64,000 nt of DNA from a bacterium (GCA_965207065.1 OZ242260.1:3296001-3360000), one strand, 5' to 3'. Positions 1-10,205 are shown, counted from the stretch's first letter. Translations and numbers: made by a program. The notes: generated from the letters alone by a model not told the origin.

Positions 1-225
1 CATCACGCGGCCCGCCATATCGGCCGGCTTCGTGTGGGGTTCTGAGAGCGTCGCCTCGTGGTTCTCCCTGCCGAGCCTCACGATGAGCGAGCCCTTCCAC
101 GTCCCGGCGCACATATTGCCGTTGATCATGAAGCACACGCCGCCGAACATGCGTTTTTCCGAATACCCTTTGCGCCGCCTGAGAATCGGGCGTACGCGCT
201 CGATCAAGGCCTCGTCTTCCGTCAA
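1..225 (-). CDS. TfoX/Sxy N-terminal domain protein (partial, runs off window)
   Basis: Not in the ORF track. Manual translation from TTG at 225 gives MTEDEALIERVRPILRRRKGYSEKRMFGGVCFMINGNMCAGTWKGSLIVRLG...; K-x-MFGG is the TfoX_N signature. RBS AAGGAG upstream. Confidence 0.85.
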   Translation of the reverse strand, partial: MTEDEALIERVRPILRRRKGYSEKRMFGGVCFMINGNMCAGTWKGSLIVRLGRENHEATLSEPHTKPADMAGRVM

Positions 226-340
226 CCCGGTTCTCCTTCATTGTCCCGGCAGGAAGAGTGAAGATGCCACAGGGAATGAGTGAACGCCACCGCGAGGAGG
301 GCTGTTGAAAAAATCCTCGTCGGGTGGAATTGTCCACCGC

Positions 341-368
341 CGTCATTCCGGCGAAAGCCGGAATGACG
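341..368. repeat. CGTC-type REP-like palindrome
   Basis: CGTCATTCCGGC-GAAA-GCCGGAATGACG perfect hairpin; partial copies near 31703-31722, 31808-31818 and 33306-33323. Confidence 0.75.
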
Positions 369-389
369 AACAAAACCGCACCGCCTTTT

Positions 390-505
390 GTAGCGGACAG
401 GCCTCCTGCGCCTGTCCGGGGTCTCCGTGCCCGTCCTGATTGTAACCACCCTGCAAAAGGACAACCACGGAGGGCAGGACAACCCCGAGGAGGGGTTGTC
501 CCTAC
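390..505. repeat. GTAG-type REP doublet (REPIN-like)
   Basis: Bounded by GTAG and CTAC, contains GGACAACCCCGAGGAGGGGTTGTCC; its reverse complement closely matches 25972-26066 and 30622-30745. Confidence 0.8.
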
Positions 506-693
506 ACTGCCAATTCTCCATCAACGGATTTTTTCATCGGGCATTCACCTCGGGATGCCCGACCCCTCAAGGGGGGAGTGTTTGGTTGGCATTCTACAGG
601 GGGGCGAGTTGTCTACAACCTACCCGGTTGGCTCCATACTCCGAATCACGAAATCAACAACCTCCGAGGAGGGAAGTGTTGCTCTCGCCAGCC

Positions 694-1482
694 TTACCCT
701 TCTCCGGGCGACCAGGCGGGAGGACGCTTCTCGTGCGCAGCGGCCATGCCCTCTTGCGGTTCGCCGGTCCGGAAGGAGGCCTCGAAGGCGTCGATGGAAG
801 GAGGAACCGCGGCTTCGAGGTACGCCTGCATCCATCGCCTCAAAAGCGCTTTCTGGGCGCGCAGCGCGCCGGGAGCGGCCTGGAGAAGATCCATTATGGC
901 CTCATGTGTCGTTGCTTCCAGTTCCGCCAACGGGCATATCCTCTGGACGATACCCAGACGGTGCGCCTCCTGGGCGTCGAACGTCCTGCCCGTGAATAGC
1001 AGGTCCTGCGCAGCGCCCAAGCCTGAGATGGGCACGAACAGCGCCGCCTCGATGACGGAGGGCACGCCGACCCGCACCTCGGGCATGCCGAATTTGGTAT
1101 CATCCGCCGCGACGCGGAGGTCGCAGCCGAGCATTAACTCGAGCGCGCCGCCCAGAACGTAGCCCTGGCACTTGCAGACCACGGGATGCGGGAATTCGCG
1201 CACGCTGTGGATGAGGGAATGCAGGTTCGAGATGAAATCACGCGCATTGTCTTCCGTGAGCGCGCCCATCTCGACCACGTCGGCCCCGGCGGAGAATACG
1301 CTGCCCGCACCCTCGATTACGAGAACGCGCAAATCATCCGCCTCCGCCAACCCCGCAATCGCAGATTTCGCCTCGCGGGTCATCTGCGTATTCATGGCGT
1401 TTCGCTTCTCAGGGCGGTTGAGCGAGAGGGTGGCGAGCGGGCCGTCGCGCTCGATCAGCACCAGTGGTTTCGTTGTCGACAT
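694..1482 (-). CDS. Enoyl-CoA hydratase/isomerase family protein
   Basis: LNRPEKRNAM, FSAGAD, GYVLGGALEL and FGMPE crotonase motifs; start set at MSTTK behind a GGAGG RBS. Confidence 0.93.
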   Translation of the reverse strand: MSTTKPLVLIERDGPLATLSLNRPEKRNAMNTQMTREAKSAIAGLAEADDLRVLVIEGAGSVFSAGADVVEMGALTEDNARDFISNLHSLIHSVREFPHPVVCKCQGYVLGGALELMLGCDLRVAADDTKFGMPEVRVGVPSVIEAALFVPISGLGAAQDLLFTGRTFDAQEAHRLGIVQRICPLAELEATTHEAIMDLLQAAPGALRAQKALLRRWMQAYLEAAVPPSIDAFEASFRTGEPQEGMAAAHEKRPPAWSPGEG

Positions 1483-1620
1483 CGAACATCCTCCCTGAAA
1501 ACAAAGCCGACAGCCTATGCGAGCTAGCAGCGGAGCGCAAAGGTGAAGCCCGAATCTCACGTGTTATGATGGTTTTTTCGTCGATGGAAGTTTTAGCGCT
1601 GATTCCGGGAGAAGACGCGG

Positions 1621-2538
1621 ATGCCGATAGAGTTCAAGGACGTTTGGGATTTTCACACCGATCTGCGCTTTCTTGTCGATTCGGCCGTTGAAGACCCTTT
1701 CCTTACCGAACAGATAGACCTGTCAACGGCGGCAAAGCTGAACGGGGTGTTCACGGCCCTGGGCAGGCTGGCGGACGCGCCGCAGGAGGCGCATTTCGAG
1801 GCGCTCGAGCGTGATTTGGGGCTGATTCGGGAATCGGAGGGTCTCAGCGTCGTCCTCACACGAAAGGACCTGGAAGGTGTGGGGAGGCAGTTGATACACG
1901 CGGAAGGCGTCTATTTCATCGAGAGCGAAAGTGATCTGAAACACCTCGAATGGCTCTGGGAAGAGGGCGTGCGGAGCGTCGCGCCGCTTTACAATGAGGA
2001 CAACGCGCTGGGCGGCGGCGCCAAGGGCGATCCAGCCCGCGGGCTCACCCCCCTGGGCCGCGCTTTCTTGATGCAGGCCTGGCGGACGGGTTTCATGGCC
2101 GATTGCGCGCATGCGAACCACCAGACGAAATCGGACATGATCGATCTCGCCCTCGTCACCGGGCAGGAGATGCACTACTCGCACGGGTATCTGGACGAGG
2201 CGGTTGCATCCGTCTACGGCGAGCGGGGGATTCCGCGTGATATGGCGAGGAGACTCATCGAGACGGGCGCGCTCATCGGTCTCACGCCGTTCCCAGGATT
2301 CGTGGGTGAGTTCGAGCGTCACCTGGAGGAAATCGAGTTTCTGGCCGAAGTCGCGGCTCACCAGGTGGTGCTGGGCAGCGACTTTGCGGGTATCAACAGC
2401 CTGTTCGAAGAATTCAAGGGTATCTGGGGGATTGGGTACTTCGCCGAACGCCTCTCCGCCGCTCACGGAGAGGATTTCGCCCGCTCCTATTGCGGCGGCG
2501 CGCTCAAGGCGCTTCTGGAACGCTCATTGCCGGCTTGA
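1621..2538 (+). CDS. Membrane dipeptidase (peptidase M19) family metallohydrolase
   Basis: H-x-D near the N-terminus, GLTPLGR, DCAH, SH and GSDF motifs. Confidence 0.8.
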   Translation: MPIEFKDVWDFHTDLRFLVDSAVEDPFLTEQIDLSTAAKLNGVFTALGRLADAPQEAHFEALERDLGLIRESEGLSVVLTRKDLEGVGRQLIHAEGVYFIESESDLKHLEWLWEEGVRSVAPLYNEDNALGGGAKGDPARGLTPLGRAFLMQAWRTGFMADCAHANHQTKSDMIDLALVTGQEMHYSHGYLDEAVASVYGERGIPRDMARRLIETGALIGLTPFPGFVGEFERHLEEIEFLAEVAAHQVVLGSDFAGINSLFEEFKGIWGIGYFAERLSAAHGEDFARSYCGGALKALLERSLPA

Positions 2539-2586
2539 TTAAACTGCAGGACGAGGCGCGATTTTGGCGTTTCAGGTTTCCCGAGG

Positions 2587-5193
2587 TCAGGAGGACTCTG
2601 CAGGTCTAGGCGAGGCTGAGCCTTCGTCCTTCGCGCCCATGAACTGGATGGCGATCATGACGGCCATGATGATCGTGCCCGTTATCTTCATCCACGGAAC
2701 GTAGAAGAACAGCAGACCACCCGCCACGGCGAAGACGACACGCTCCCAGATTTCGAGTTTTCTGCGCATGTAGCCCTCGAGCGACGCCGAGGTACAGAAA
2801 AAGCCCATGAAGCCGCTCCCCCATACGATGAGTATGTCGATCCACTCCGAGCCCGGCGTCATGTTGATCGGGGTGTAGGCCATCAGGAAGGGGACGATGT
2901 AGAGTGCCTTGCCGAGTTTGAGAGAGGCGAAGCCGGTACGCATCGGGTCGGCGCCCGCCACGCCCGCCGCGATGAACGCACCCAGGGCGAAGGGCGGCGT
3001 GAGCGAGGCGTCCTGGCTCAGCCAGAGGATCATCAGGTGCGCGCTCAGGAGCGGCACGCCGAGTTCCACAAGCGCGGGCACGGCGAGGATCGAGAGCAGC
3101 ACGTAGCTTGCCGTGATCGTCATGCCCATCCCCATGATGTAGCTTGCGACGGTGCATAGCAGAATCGCCACCGGAAGCGCGGTCCCCGTGATGCCCAGGG
3201 CGTTGTCGAGGAAGGACGCGTAGCCCAGGATGATGGAGGAGAACTTGATGCCGAGGCCGGGCATGGAGACGCCGGCTAGCACGATGCCCATCACGCCAGC
3301 CGTCACGCCGATGATGAGCGAGTTGACGGCGCCTCGCTCGAGGCCGTCCAAAACGCGAGGGGATGAGAGTACCACCGCCGCGAGCACGGACCAGAAGATC
3401 GTCTCAGGCAGGGTATGTCCCGCCACCGGAAGCACGATAAGCAGCCCCAGCCCGGCGAGCAGGGGCCAGTTCTCCATGAGCGTGTTACCGGCGGGCTCGG
3501 TCTTCGCTGTTTCCAGATAGGCTTCCGCCTCCTTATCGGCATCTTCCAGGCTCTTGCCCGATTCCATGAGTTTCTTGTGGTGTTTCGCGGCCTCGTATTC
3601 GAGCCTGTCGTTGCGGGTGCTCCACCCGGGACGACCAACGAGGCGCGCGAGAACCGGCGGCAGGGCCAGCAGGCGTGTGTCCTCGCGGAAGAATCCCAGA
3701 ACCATCGCCAGGATGATAGACCAAAGCGCCGCGTCGAAGGGTGAGCGTCCGATGACGAGCCGGCAGATGAGCAGCGCCACCGGCAGCAGCAGGTAGCCGT
3801 CTTTTTTTAGCAATGGCAGCAGTTCGGGCAACTCTTCTTTCGAGAGGCCGTGGATGCCGTCCATCCCTGATCGGAAGTGGACCGACATGTAGACCGAGAA
3901 GTAGTACATCAGCGCGGGTACGAGCGATATGAGCGCTATCCATCCATAGTCCGTTTCGGTGAACGCCGCTACGAGAAAGGCCGCCGAACCCATGATGGGG
4001 GGCAGCAGGTGGCCGCCGATGGATGAGACCGCCTCGACCGCTCCCGCGTAATGGGGCTTGTAGCCCGCGCGCTTCATGAGCGGGATCGTGAAGGTTCCGG
4101 TGATGACGATGTTCGCCGCCCCGCTTCCCACCACCGATCCCACCAGGCCGCTCGATACGACCGAGGCCTTGGCCGCTCCTCCGCGTAGACGGCCCACCAG
4201 GGCGTAGGAGAGATCGATGAACACGTCGCCGACCTTCGTCTTTTCCAGAAAGACGCCGAAAAGGATAAACAGGAACACATAGCTCGCGTAGACGTTCGCA
4301 ATGACGCCGAAGATACCCGACGTCCCGTAAATGAAGCTCACAACCTCGTTATAGGAAAACCCCTTGTGCAGGAGCCGTCCAGGGAAATAGTTGCCGTACA
4401 TGGCGTAGTAAAAGAAAAAGAGACCCAGCAGCGGAAGCACCCAGCCCAGCACCCGGCGGCACATCTCTATCGAGACGATGATGGCGATTGTTCCCATGGC
4501 GACGTCCGGCCAGAGGACGAGGCCCGCCCGGTCTCCCCGGTCGGCGAAGTTCATGACGTATTCCACCGTGAATACGACGACGCCCGCGCACAGCAGGAGG
4601 TCCACGGTGGAAGGCCGCCTCGTCGGAGCGCCCGCGCGAGCGGGATAGAAGATGAACGTCAGGATGGCGGTGAAGATCACGTACAGGGGCAGGTAGAAAT
4701 GATACGCATAGATGGAGAGCCCCGGAAAGTGGAGCGTCTCCCATATCGCCGAGAGGGATTTCTCCGTCTCCGCAGTGAGGAGCGGGGAGAGGATATAGAC
4801 GATGACCTCGCCGAAACCCAGGCCGAAATCCACCGGCGCCCTGTTCGCCGCGCCGTATAGAAAATAGGCGGCGAACACGAACGAGGAGAGCAGGATCGTC
4901 ACCCTCGGCAGAATGCACAGGCCCGAGACGTAGAGCCAGATGAGGGCGTAGAGCCAGAACTCGAGAGCGGGGAAATCGACCTCCTGCCATTCCCATGAGA
5001 TTTCATAGGGAAGGTAGAGGTTGTATTTTCTCCCGGCGAAGATAACGATGTAGACGAGGAGAATGGCGGAGAGAAATATGAAGACGGGCAGGTTTTTCTT
5101 CTGAAGGCCGGGCTCGATATCGCGGCGGATGGCCGACTCCGGGGCGAATATGAATCGCAACCACCCCCCGAGCAAATTGAAAAACTTCCCCAT
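2587..5193 (-). CDS. TRAP transporter fused permease (4TM/12TM, TAXI-associated)
   Basis: Highly hydrophobic; GRLRGGAAK, GTFTIPLMKRAGY, PPIMGSAAF and TPP motifs; downstream of the TAXI receptor. Confidence 0.93.
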   Translation of the reverse strand: MGKFFNLLGGWLRFIFAPESAIRRDIEPGLQKKNLPVFIFLSAILLVYIVIFAGRKYNLYLPYEISWEWQEVDFPALEFWLYALIWLYVSGLCILPRVTILLSSFVFAAYFLYGAANRAPVDFGLGFGEVIVYILSPLLTAETEKSLSAIWETLHFPGLSIYAYHFYLPLYVIFTAILTFIFYPARAGAPTRRPSTVDLLLCAGVVVFTVEYVMNFADRGDRAGLVLWPDVAMGTIAIIVSIEMCRRVLGWVLPLLGLFFFYYAMYGNYFPGRLLHKGFSYNEVVSFIYGTSGIFGVIANVYASYVFLFILFGVFLEKTKVGDVFIDLSYALVGRLRGGAAKASVVSSGLVGSVVGSGAANIVITGTFTIPLMKRAGYKPHYAGAVEAVSSIGGHLLPPIMGSAAFLVAAFTETDYGWIALISLVPALMYYFSVYMSVHFRSGMDGIHGLSKEELPELLPLLKKDGYLLLPVALLICRLVIGRSPFDAALWSIILAMVLGFFREDTRLLALPPVLARLVGRPGWSTRNDRLEYEAAKHHKKLMESGKSLEDADKEAEAYLETAKTEPAGNTLMENWPLLAGLGLLIVLPVAGHTLPETIFWSVLAAVVLSSPRVLDGLERGAVNSLIIGVTAGVMGIVLAGVSMPGLGIKFSSIILGYASFLDNALGITGTALPVAILLCTVASYIMGMGMTITASYVLLSILAVPALVELGVPLLSAHLMILWLSQDASLTPPFALGAFIAAGVAGADPMRTGFASLKLGKALYIVPFLMAYTPINMTPGSEWIDILIVWGSGFMGFFCTSASLEGYMRRKLEIWERVVFAVAGGLLFFYVPWMKITGTIIMAVMIAIQFMGAKDEGSASPRPAESS

Positions 5194-5292
5194 CGCTACC
5201 CTTTCTTACCCGAATTCGAATGGCAGCCGCCCGAGCCAGACCCCCCGGAAGGCGGTCTGCCCTCCGGGGGAACAAAAGAATCCGGGAAACGT

Positions 5293-6291
5293 CTAGTTGA
5301 CCATATAGCCTTTCGACTTCCAGTAGCGCGCGGCGCCGGGGTGGACCTTCAATTTGAAGCTGCCCATCTGCTTGATGAACTCATCCGACTTCGCGGCGAA
5401 ATCCAGCCCGATCTTCCAGCCCTTGAAGACGTTGATCAAAAATTCGCGGTTCGCCTTGTCGTACACCCGCCGCGTCACCTCGTAGATGACGTCGTTGGGC
5501 ACTTTTTCGTTCGCCACGGCGAAGATGGTGTAGGCGACCGTCTTGAACTTCTTGCCCTTCATCCCCTGGTAGGGGCTGGCGTCCTTGTTATCCTTGTAAT
5601 AGCCCGAGCTCAGGGCCACGAACTTGTCGCGCACCTTGTCGGGGATGCTCAGGATGCGGAGCGGACCGCTGCGCGAGGCGCGCAGAATCGAGGGCGAGGG
5701 CACCGGGTTCGGGATGCTGAAAGCGTCGATCTTGCTGTCGATCATGTTGTTGGCGGCAGCGGCCCAGCCCAAGTAGTCTTTGCGGATTTTGTCGGTAATC
5801 CCGATGCTGTCGGTGATGAACTTCGTCATGAAGAGCGTGGAGCTTCCCCTCGGGCCCACGTTTACCCGCTTGCCGGCGAGATCGTGGTAGGTCTTGATGC
5901 CGGTCCTGTGGAACGTCGCCATCTGGAACCAGGAAGTCGACACCGGGCCGATCCCCCGGATGGTCATCATGGCCTTGCCCTTGTGGAAGGGTTTTTGCTT
6001 GCGCTGGATGAAGTCGACGAATATCCCGTTCGTCATCCCGATCTCGGAGCGTCCGCTGGCGACGAGGCGGGTGTTGGCGACGAAGCCCTTGGACTCGCGG
6101 TTGGTGACGTTGACGGTCTTGCTCGTCTTGTTCACCGCCTCGGCGAGGCCCGCCGCCATGCGGAACGCGCCCGCGCCCTTGCCCGCGCCGACGATGGTGA
6201 TGTTGGTGGTGGCGGCGCTCGCCAGAGAGGCGGCGAAGCCGGCTACAGCGAAAACGGCAGTTGCTGCGATCAATCTTTTGTGGGTACGCAT
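5293..6291 (-). CDS. TAXI family TRAP solute-binding protein
   Basis: Signal peptide, SKGFVAN, DLAGKRVNVGPRGS, C-terminal HPGAARYW. Confidence 0.92.
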   Translation of the reverse strand: MRTHKRLIAATAVFAVAGFAASLASAATTNITIVGAGKGAGAFRMAAGLAEAVNKTSKTVNVTNRESKGFVANTRLVASGRSEIGMTNGIFVDFIQRKQKPFHKGKAMMTIRGIGPVSTSWFQMATFHRTGIKTYHDLAGKRVNVGPRGSSTLFMTKFITDSIGITDKIRKDYLGWAAAANNMIDSKIDAFSIPNPVPSPSILRASRSGPLRILSIPDKVRDKFVALSSGYYKDNKDASPYQGMKGKKFKTVAYTIFAVANEKVPNDVIYEVTRRVYDKANREFLINVFKGWKIGLDFAAKSDEFIKQMGSFKLKVHPGAARYWKSKGYMVN

Positions 6292-6682
6292 AGACTCACC
6301 TCCGTTGGTATCGCAGAGAAATAGGTTGTACTTGTTGGGATGATTCTATCTCATCAACATACTTTCGCAAGCGGTGTCTGGGCAGTCAGGCAATATTTTT
6401 TGAAAAGAGGGAAAAGAGAATAATACCGGACATCCTGAATCCCGTCTCTTCCGCCGGCGGCAATTGACCGGGTCACGGCGGTGACACCTGTTCGATGAAT
6501 GATGAGGCGTCCGGGGGAGAGGATAAACGTTTCCGCCGTTCGCTTGGTGGCGTGAGCGGGCTCATGGTAAATTCGCGGAACGACTGGAGATGTATGGCGG
6601 ATCACCGCAACGTGCGAGTCAGGCGAATCTTTTGCCCGATTGGGTATTTGCACACGGTATTTCGATGGGGAGGGAAGGGGAG

Positions 6683-7705
6683 ATGGCGATTACGGGTCGG
6701 GGTATTCGCAAAGACGCCATAGCTGTTCTCGTCCTGGGTATGTTGGCCATGTGGCTCTACGGGTCAGAGTCGTCGGCCCAGACGATTCAAAAGCCGGAAT
6801 GGGGCAAACGCGCAGCGCTCATCGAGCCTAATTCTGAAATGGCGGTCGCTTATCTGGACGGAAAAATCTACGTTGTCGGGGGATACCCCTCGACGCGGGT
6901 CAGCGTGGACACCATCCAGGTCTACGACACAAAGTCCGACACGTGGAGCCTGACGACCCCCTATCCGACCACGATCAACCATTCCTCGGCAGTCGCTCTC
7001 GACGGGATCCTCTACGTGATCGGCGGCCAGACGAATGCCGGCGGCCGGAGGACGAAATCCCTGTATACATCGGCCGTCTACGCCTTCGATCCCAGGACGA
7101 AGAAGTGGACGCCGCGCGCGCCAATGCCGACTGCGCGCAGTGCAATGGCGCACGGCGTAATCGACGGCAAGATTTACGTCGCCGGCGGCCGTCCGCCGCG
7201 CGGGCGCGATTTCGCCGTCTACGACCCGAAGGCCGACAAATGGACGGTACTGCCCGACTTGCCGACGCCCCGAAATCACATGGCGGCGGCGGCGATCGAC
7301 GGCAAACTCTATGTTGCCGGAGGGCGCTTCGGCGGCGGCTTTCGGAGCAAGATAACGGCGGTGCTCGAGGTGTACGATCCCGTAAGCAACAGGTGGAGCG
7401 CCAGGCGGCCGATGTCCTATGAGCGAAGCGGAAACAACGGTATTGCCGTGAACGGCTGTTTCCATACTTTCGGCGGCGAACATCCGACGGCGAGTCCGAC
7501 TGGCGTTTTCCCCCACCACGAGGTCTATAATCCAAAAACCGACCGCTGGACGCGTTTGCCCGATATGCCCTTTCCCGTGCACGGCGTCACCGGGCTGGTT
7601 TACCTGAATGGCTGGATCCACCTGCCCGGCGGCGGCACCCGGATGGGCGGCAGCAGCGGCAGCACGCTTCACCAGGTGGTTCGCCCCGCGATGAAATGCG
7701 GCTGA
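6683..7705 (+). CDS. Secreted kelch-repeat (beta-propeller) protein
   Basis: Repeated DGKIYVxGG...YDP...W kelch units; N-terminal hydrophobic signal; start chosen behind a purine-rich RBS. Confidence 0.9.
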   Translation: MAITGRGIRKDAIAVLVLGMLAMWLYGSESSAQTIQKPEWGKRAALIEPNSEMAVAYLDGKIYVVGGYPSTRVSVDTIQVYDTKSDTWSLTTPYPTTINHSSAVALDGILYVIGGQTNAGGRRTKSLYTSAVYAFDPRTKKWTPRAPMPTARSAMAHGVIDGKIYVAGGRPPRGRDFAVYDPKADKWTVLPDLPTPRNHMAAAAIDGKLYVAGGRFGGGFRSKITAVLEVYDPVSNRWSARRPMSYERSGNNGIAVNGCFHTFGGEHPTASPTGVFPHHEVYNPKTDRWTRLPDMPFPVHGVTGLVYLNGWIHLPGGGTRMGGSSGSTLHQVVRPAMKCG

Positions 7706-7850
7706 GGCGCTGGAAGCGGGGCGCGCGCTCGATATCCAGCGGGAGGTGATGGCTGCGCTTTCCCTGCAAATCTTGACGTCAAAAGCCCTGAATGCTAGCT
7801 AGTGCGCATCTTGCAGGTTTTCTCGCGAAAACGCGCCGAACGCATTCTGA

Positions 7851-9077
7851 ATGGAGACCCTCTTGTCCCGCCTTCTGGAAAACGACTCTTTAGCGCTTCT
7901 GGGCGAAGGCGGTCTCCCCGTGCCTAGTTTCGAAGTCTGCACGGAAGCAGAAGAAGCCGCACGCGCCTTTGAGCGCATGGGCGGGCGCGCCGTCATCAAG
8001 GCGCTCGTGCCGGTCGGCAAGCGCGGGAAGGCGGGCGCGGTGAAGTTCGCCGCATCTGCTGTTGAGGCCCGCGCGCACGCTTCGGCCATCCTGGGCATGG
8101 AGGTGCGGCGCTTTCCCGTCAATAAACTCATCGTGATGGAAGCGCTCGACATCGCGCGCGAGATTTTCTGCTCCATCTCCTTCGATGCGCCGGGAAAATG
8201 CCCGCTTATCCTCTTCAGCGCCGAAGGCGGCGTGGACGTGGAGGAGTTGGCCGAACATCACCCCGACAAGCTGCTCGAGTGGCCCGTGAACATTCTGGAG
8301 GGCTTGAAGGACGAAGACGCTCTCGAACTTGTGGGGCGCGCGGGTCTCTCGGGCGAACTCGCCGGGCAGGTCGCCCGCGCGGTGTGCGCCATGTATGGGG
8401 TCTTCTGCGCCCATGACTGCGAGATGATAGAGGTGAACCCGCTGGCGGAACTGGCCGATGGCCGCGTTGTGGCGGCGGCGGGCGTGGTGCAGCTCGACGC
8501 GCAGGCGCTCTTCCGACATCCGGAGCTTGAGGCCAAGCTGGGCGTTGAGGGCGGAAACGGCTGGCGGCCTTTCACGGAGCTTGAGATGCGCATGCGCGAG
8601 ATAGACGCCATCGACCCCCACGTGGGCGCAATCCGCTTCAGCGAAATGGACGGCGACATCGGCTTCATGGTAACCGGCGGGGGGTATGGCCTCTCCAGCC
8701 TGGAAGCGCTTCTGGACTCAGGAGGCAAACCGGCCACCACGTTCGACATCACGCCCGGGCGATATGAGGAGAAAATGCGCCAGGCGGTGAAGGCCGTGCT
8801 CTCGAAGCCCGGCATCAAGGGGCTTCTCCTGGCGGGGAACGTGAGCAATTTCACGCGGGTGGATATTAAAGTCGCGGGCGTGGTTCGCGCGCTCAAGGAG
8901 GCGGAACTCGATTTCGAAAAATTCCCCGTCATCATCCGCTACGCCGGTCCGGGAGTGGAGGAAGCCAGAAAACTCATCGCCGAGGTTCCGGGCGTGGAAT
9001 GGCATGAGGATGAGGCGTCGATAGAAGACCTGGCGCGGCGGATCGTGGCGCGCAGCTACGGGAGCGATGAAAGTTGA
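7851..9077 (+). CDS. ADP-forming acyl-CoA synthetase beta subunit (SucC/AclB-like, ATP-grasp)
   Basis: IKALVPVGKRGKAGAVK, SAEGGVDVE, EVNPL and ALFRHPEL; the substrate loop reads GNVSNFT rather than the SucC GGI motif. Confidence 0.88.
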   Translation: METLLSRLLENDSLALLGEGGLPVPSFEVCTEAEEAARAFERMGGRAVIKALVPVGKRGKAGAVKFAASAVEARAHASAILGMEVRRFPVNKLIVMEALDIAREIFCSISFDAPGKCPLILFSAEGGVDVEELAEHHPDKLLEWPVNILEGLKDEDALELVGRAGLSGELAGQVARAVCAMYGVFCAHDCEMIEVNPLAELADGRVVAAAGVVQLDAQALFRHPELEAKLGVEGGNGWRPFTELEMRMREIDAIDPHVGAIRFSEMDGDIGFMVTGGGYGLSSLEALLDSGGKPATTFDITPGRYEEKMRQAVKAVLSKPGIKGLLLAGNVSNFTRVDIKVAGVVRALKEAELDFEKFPVIIRYAGPGVEEARKLIAEVPGVEWHEDEASIEDLARRIVARSYGSDES

Positions 9078-9973
9078 GCATTCTGCTGGATTCAGATACC
9101 CGCGTGCTCGTGCAGGGAGCCACGGGGGCCGAGGCGCGGCGGCTTCTGCCCACCATGACGGACTACGGCACCCGCGTGGTGGCGGGCGTGTCTCCGGGAA
9201 AAGGGGGCGAGTCGGTGGGCGGCGTGCCGGTCTACGGCGCCGTGGCGGATGCCCTGAAGGACCACGAGGTGGACCTCTCCGTGCTCTTCGTGCCGGCGCG
9301 CTTCGTGCGCGAGGCGGCTTTAGAAGCCATCGAGGCGGGCGTTCCCACCGTGCACATTCTCGCCGAGGGTGTGCCGCACCATGACGCCTGCGCGCTGCTT
9401 ACGCGCGCGAAACAGTTGGGAACCTTCGTCATCGGCCCCAACAGCCAGGGCATGGTGAGCCCCGGCAAGGCGAAGCTCGGCGGCACGGGGGGCGAGGTGC
9501 CCGACCTCATGTTCCACCCCGGCCCCGTGGGCGTGGTGAGCAGGAGCGGGGGCATGGGGGCGGAGATATGCCTTTTCCTGACGAGAGAGGGAATCGGCCA
9601 GAGCACCTACGTGGCCCTGGGCGGTGATCTTTTAATCGGCTCCGCCTTCGTCGAGATGCTCGCCCTGTTTGAGGATGATCCCGAGACGCGCGTCGTCGTC
9701 ATGTTCGGCGAACCCGGCACGGACAGGGAAGAAGAGGCGGCGCGCTTCATCGATTCGGGCGGATTCACGAAACCCGTCGTGGCGATGATCCCCGGCGAGT
9801 TCTGGGAAACCTCGCCCACGCCCGCGAGCGTGAGCCACACCGGCGCGCTCATCGAGCGGGGCCGCGGCGCGCCCTCGGGCAAGAAAAGGCTCCTGAAAGA
9901 GGCGGGCGTTCTCGTCGCCGAGCGATTCTCGCAGGTGGTGCCCCTCGTGAAAGAAGCCCTCCAGAGAGCTTAA
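9074..9973 (+). CDS. ADP-forming acyl-CoA synthetase alpha subunit (SucD-like)
   Basis: VLVQGATG, GVSPGKGG, IGPN, SRSGG, GEPG and phospho-His motif SHTGA; overlaps the beta-subunit stop. Confidence 0.9.
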   Translation: MSILLDSDTRVLVQGATGAEARRLLPTMTDYGTRVVAGVSPGKGGESVGGVPVYGAVADALKDHEVDLSVLFVPARFVREAALEAIEAGVPTVHILAEGVPHHDACALLTRAKQLGTFVIGPNSQGMVSPGKAKLGGTGGEVPDLMFHPGPVGVVSRSGGMGAEICLFLTREGIGQSTYVALGGDLLIGSAFVEMLALFEDDPETRVVVMFGEPGTDREEEAARFIDSGGFTKPVVAMIPGEFWETSPTPASVSHTGALIERGRGAPSGKKRLLKEAGVLVAERFSQVVPLVKEALQRA

Positions 9974-10028
9974 GAAAACGACCGGAAGCCCGACGCAAAT
10001 CCACGAAAGCATTAATCCTTGAGGGGAA

Positions 10029-10092
10029 GTCGTATACATGCGACCCAGCCTTATCGCCTTCCAGCGACGGGCCACATGTATACGGCCCCTAC
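10029..10092. repeat. GTAG-type REP doublet (degenerate)
   Basis: GTCGTATACATGCGACCC...GGGCCACATGTATACGGCCCCTAC, same family as 25800-25883. Confidence 0.7.
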
Positions 10093-10176
10093 AGGTGACA
10101 TAATCGCCAAGTTCGCTTTTGGCCGCGGGCGATTTCTGTCTTGAGGGTATCGGTACCATGGCAAAAAAAGGAGTGA

Positions 10177-10205
10177 TTGAACTACACGTTCTAGCGACTT
10201 ATACT
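10177..10205 (+). promoter_or_regulatory. sigma70-like promoter of the coiled-coil gene
   Basis: TTGAAC-N17-TATACT, 55 nt upstream of the ATG at 10261. Confidence 0.5.

Larger units (their letters stand above)
299..542. mobile_element. MITE-like non-coding element containing nested REP palindromes
   Basis: Left end GGGCTGTTGAAAAAATCC; right end GGATTTTTTCA (526-536) is its inverted match. Same end motif as the element at 30231-30439. Confidence 0.5.

Noticed and set aside
222-999. ORFs translated through REP elements (also 25487-26381 and 30142-30432)
   Set aside because: Shared peptides such as DNPEEGLSL and VGTGRDLSL are translations of the repeats, not genes.
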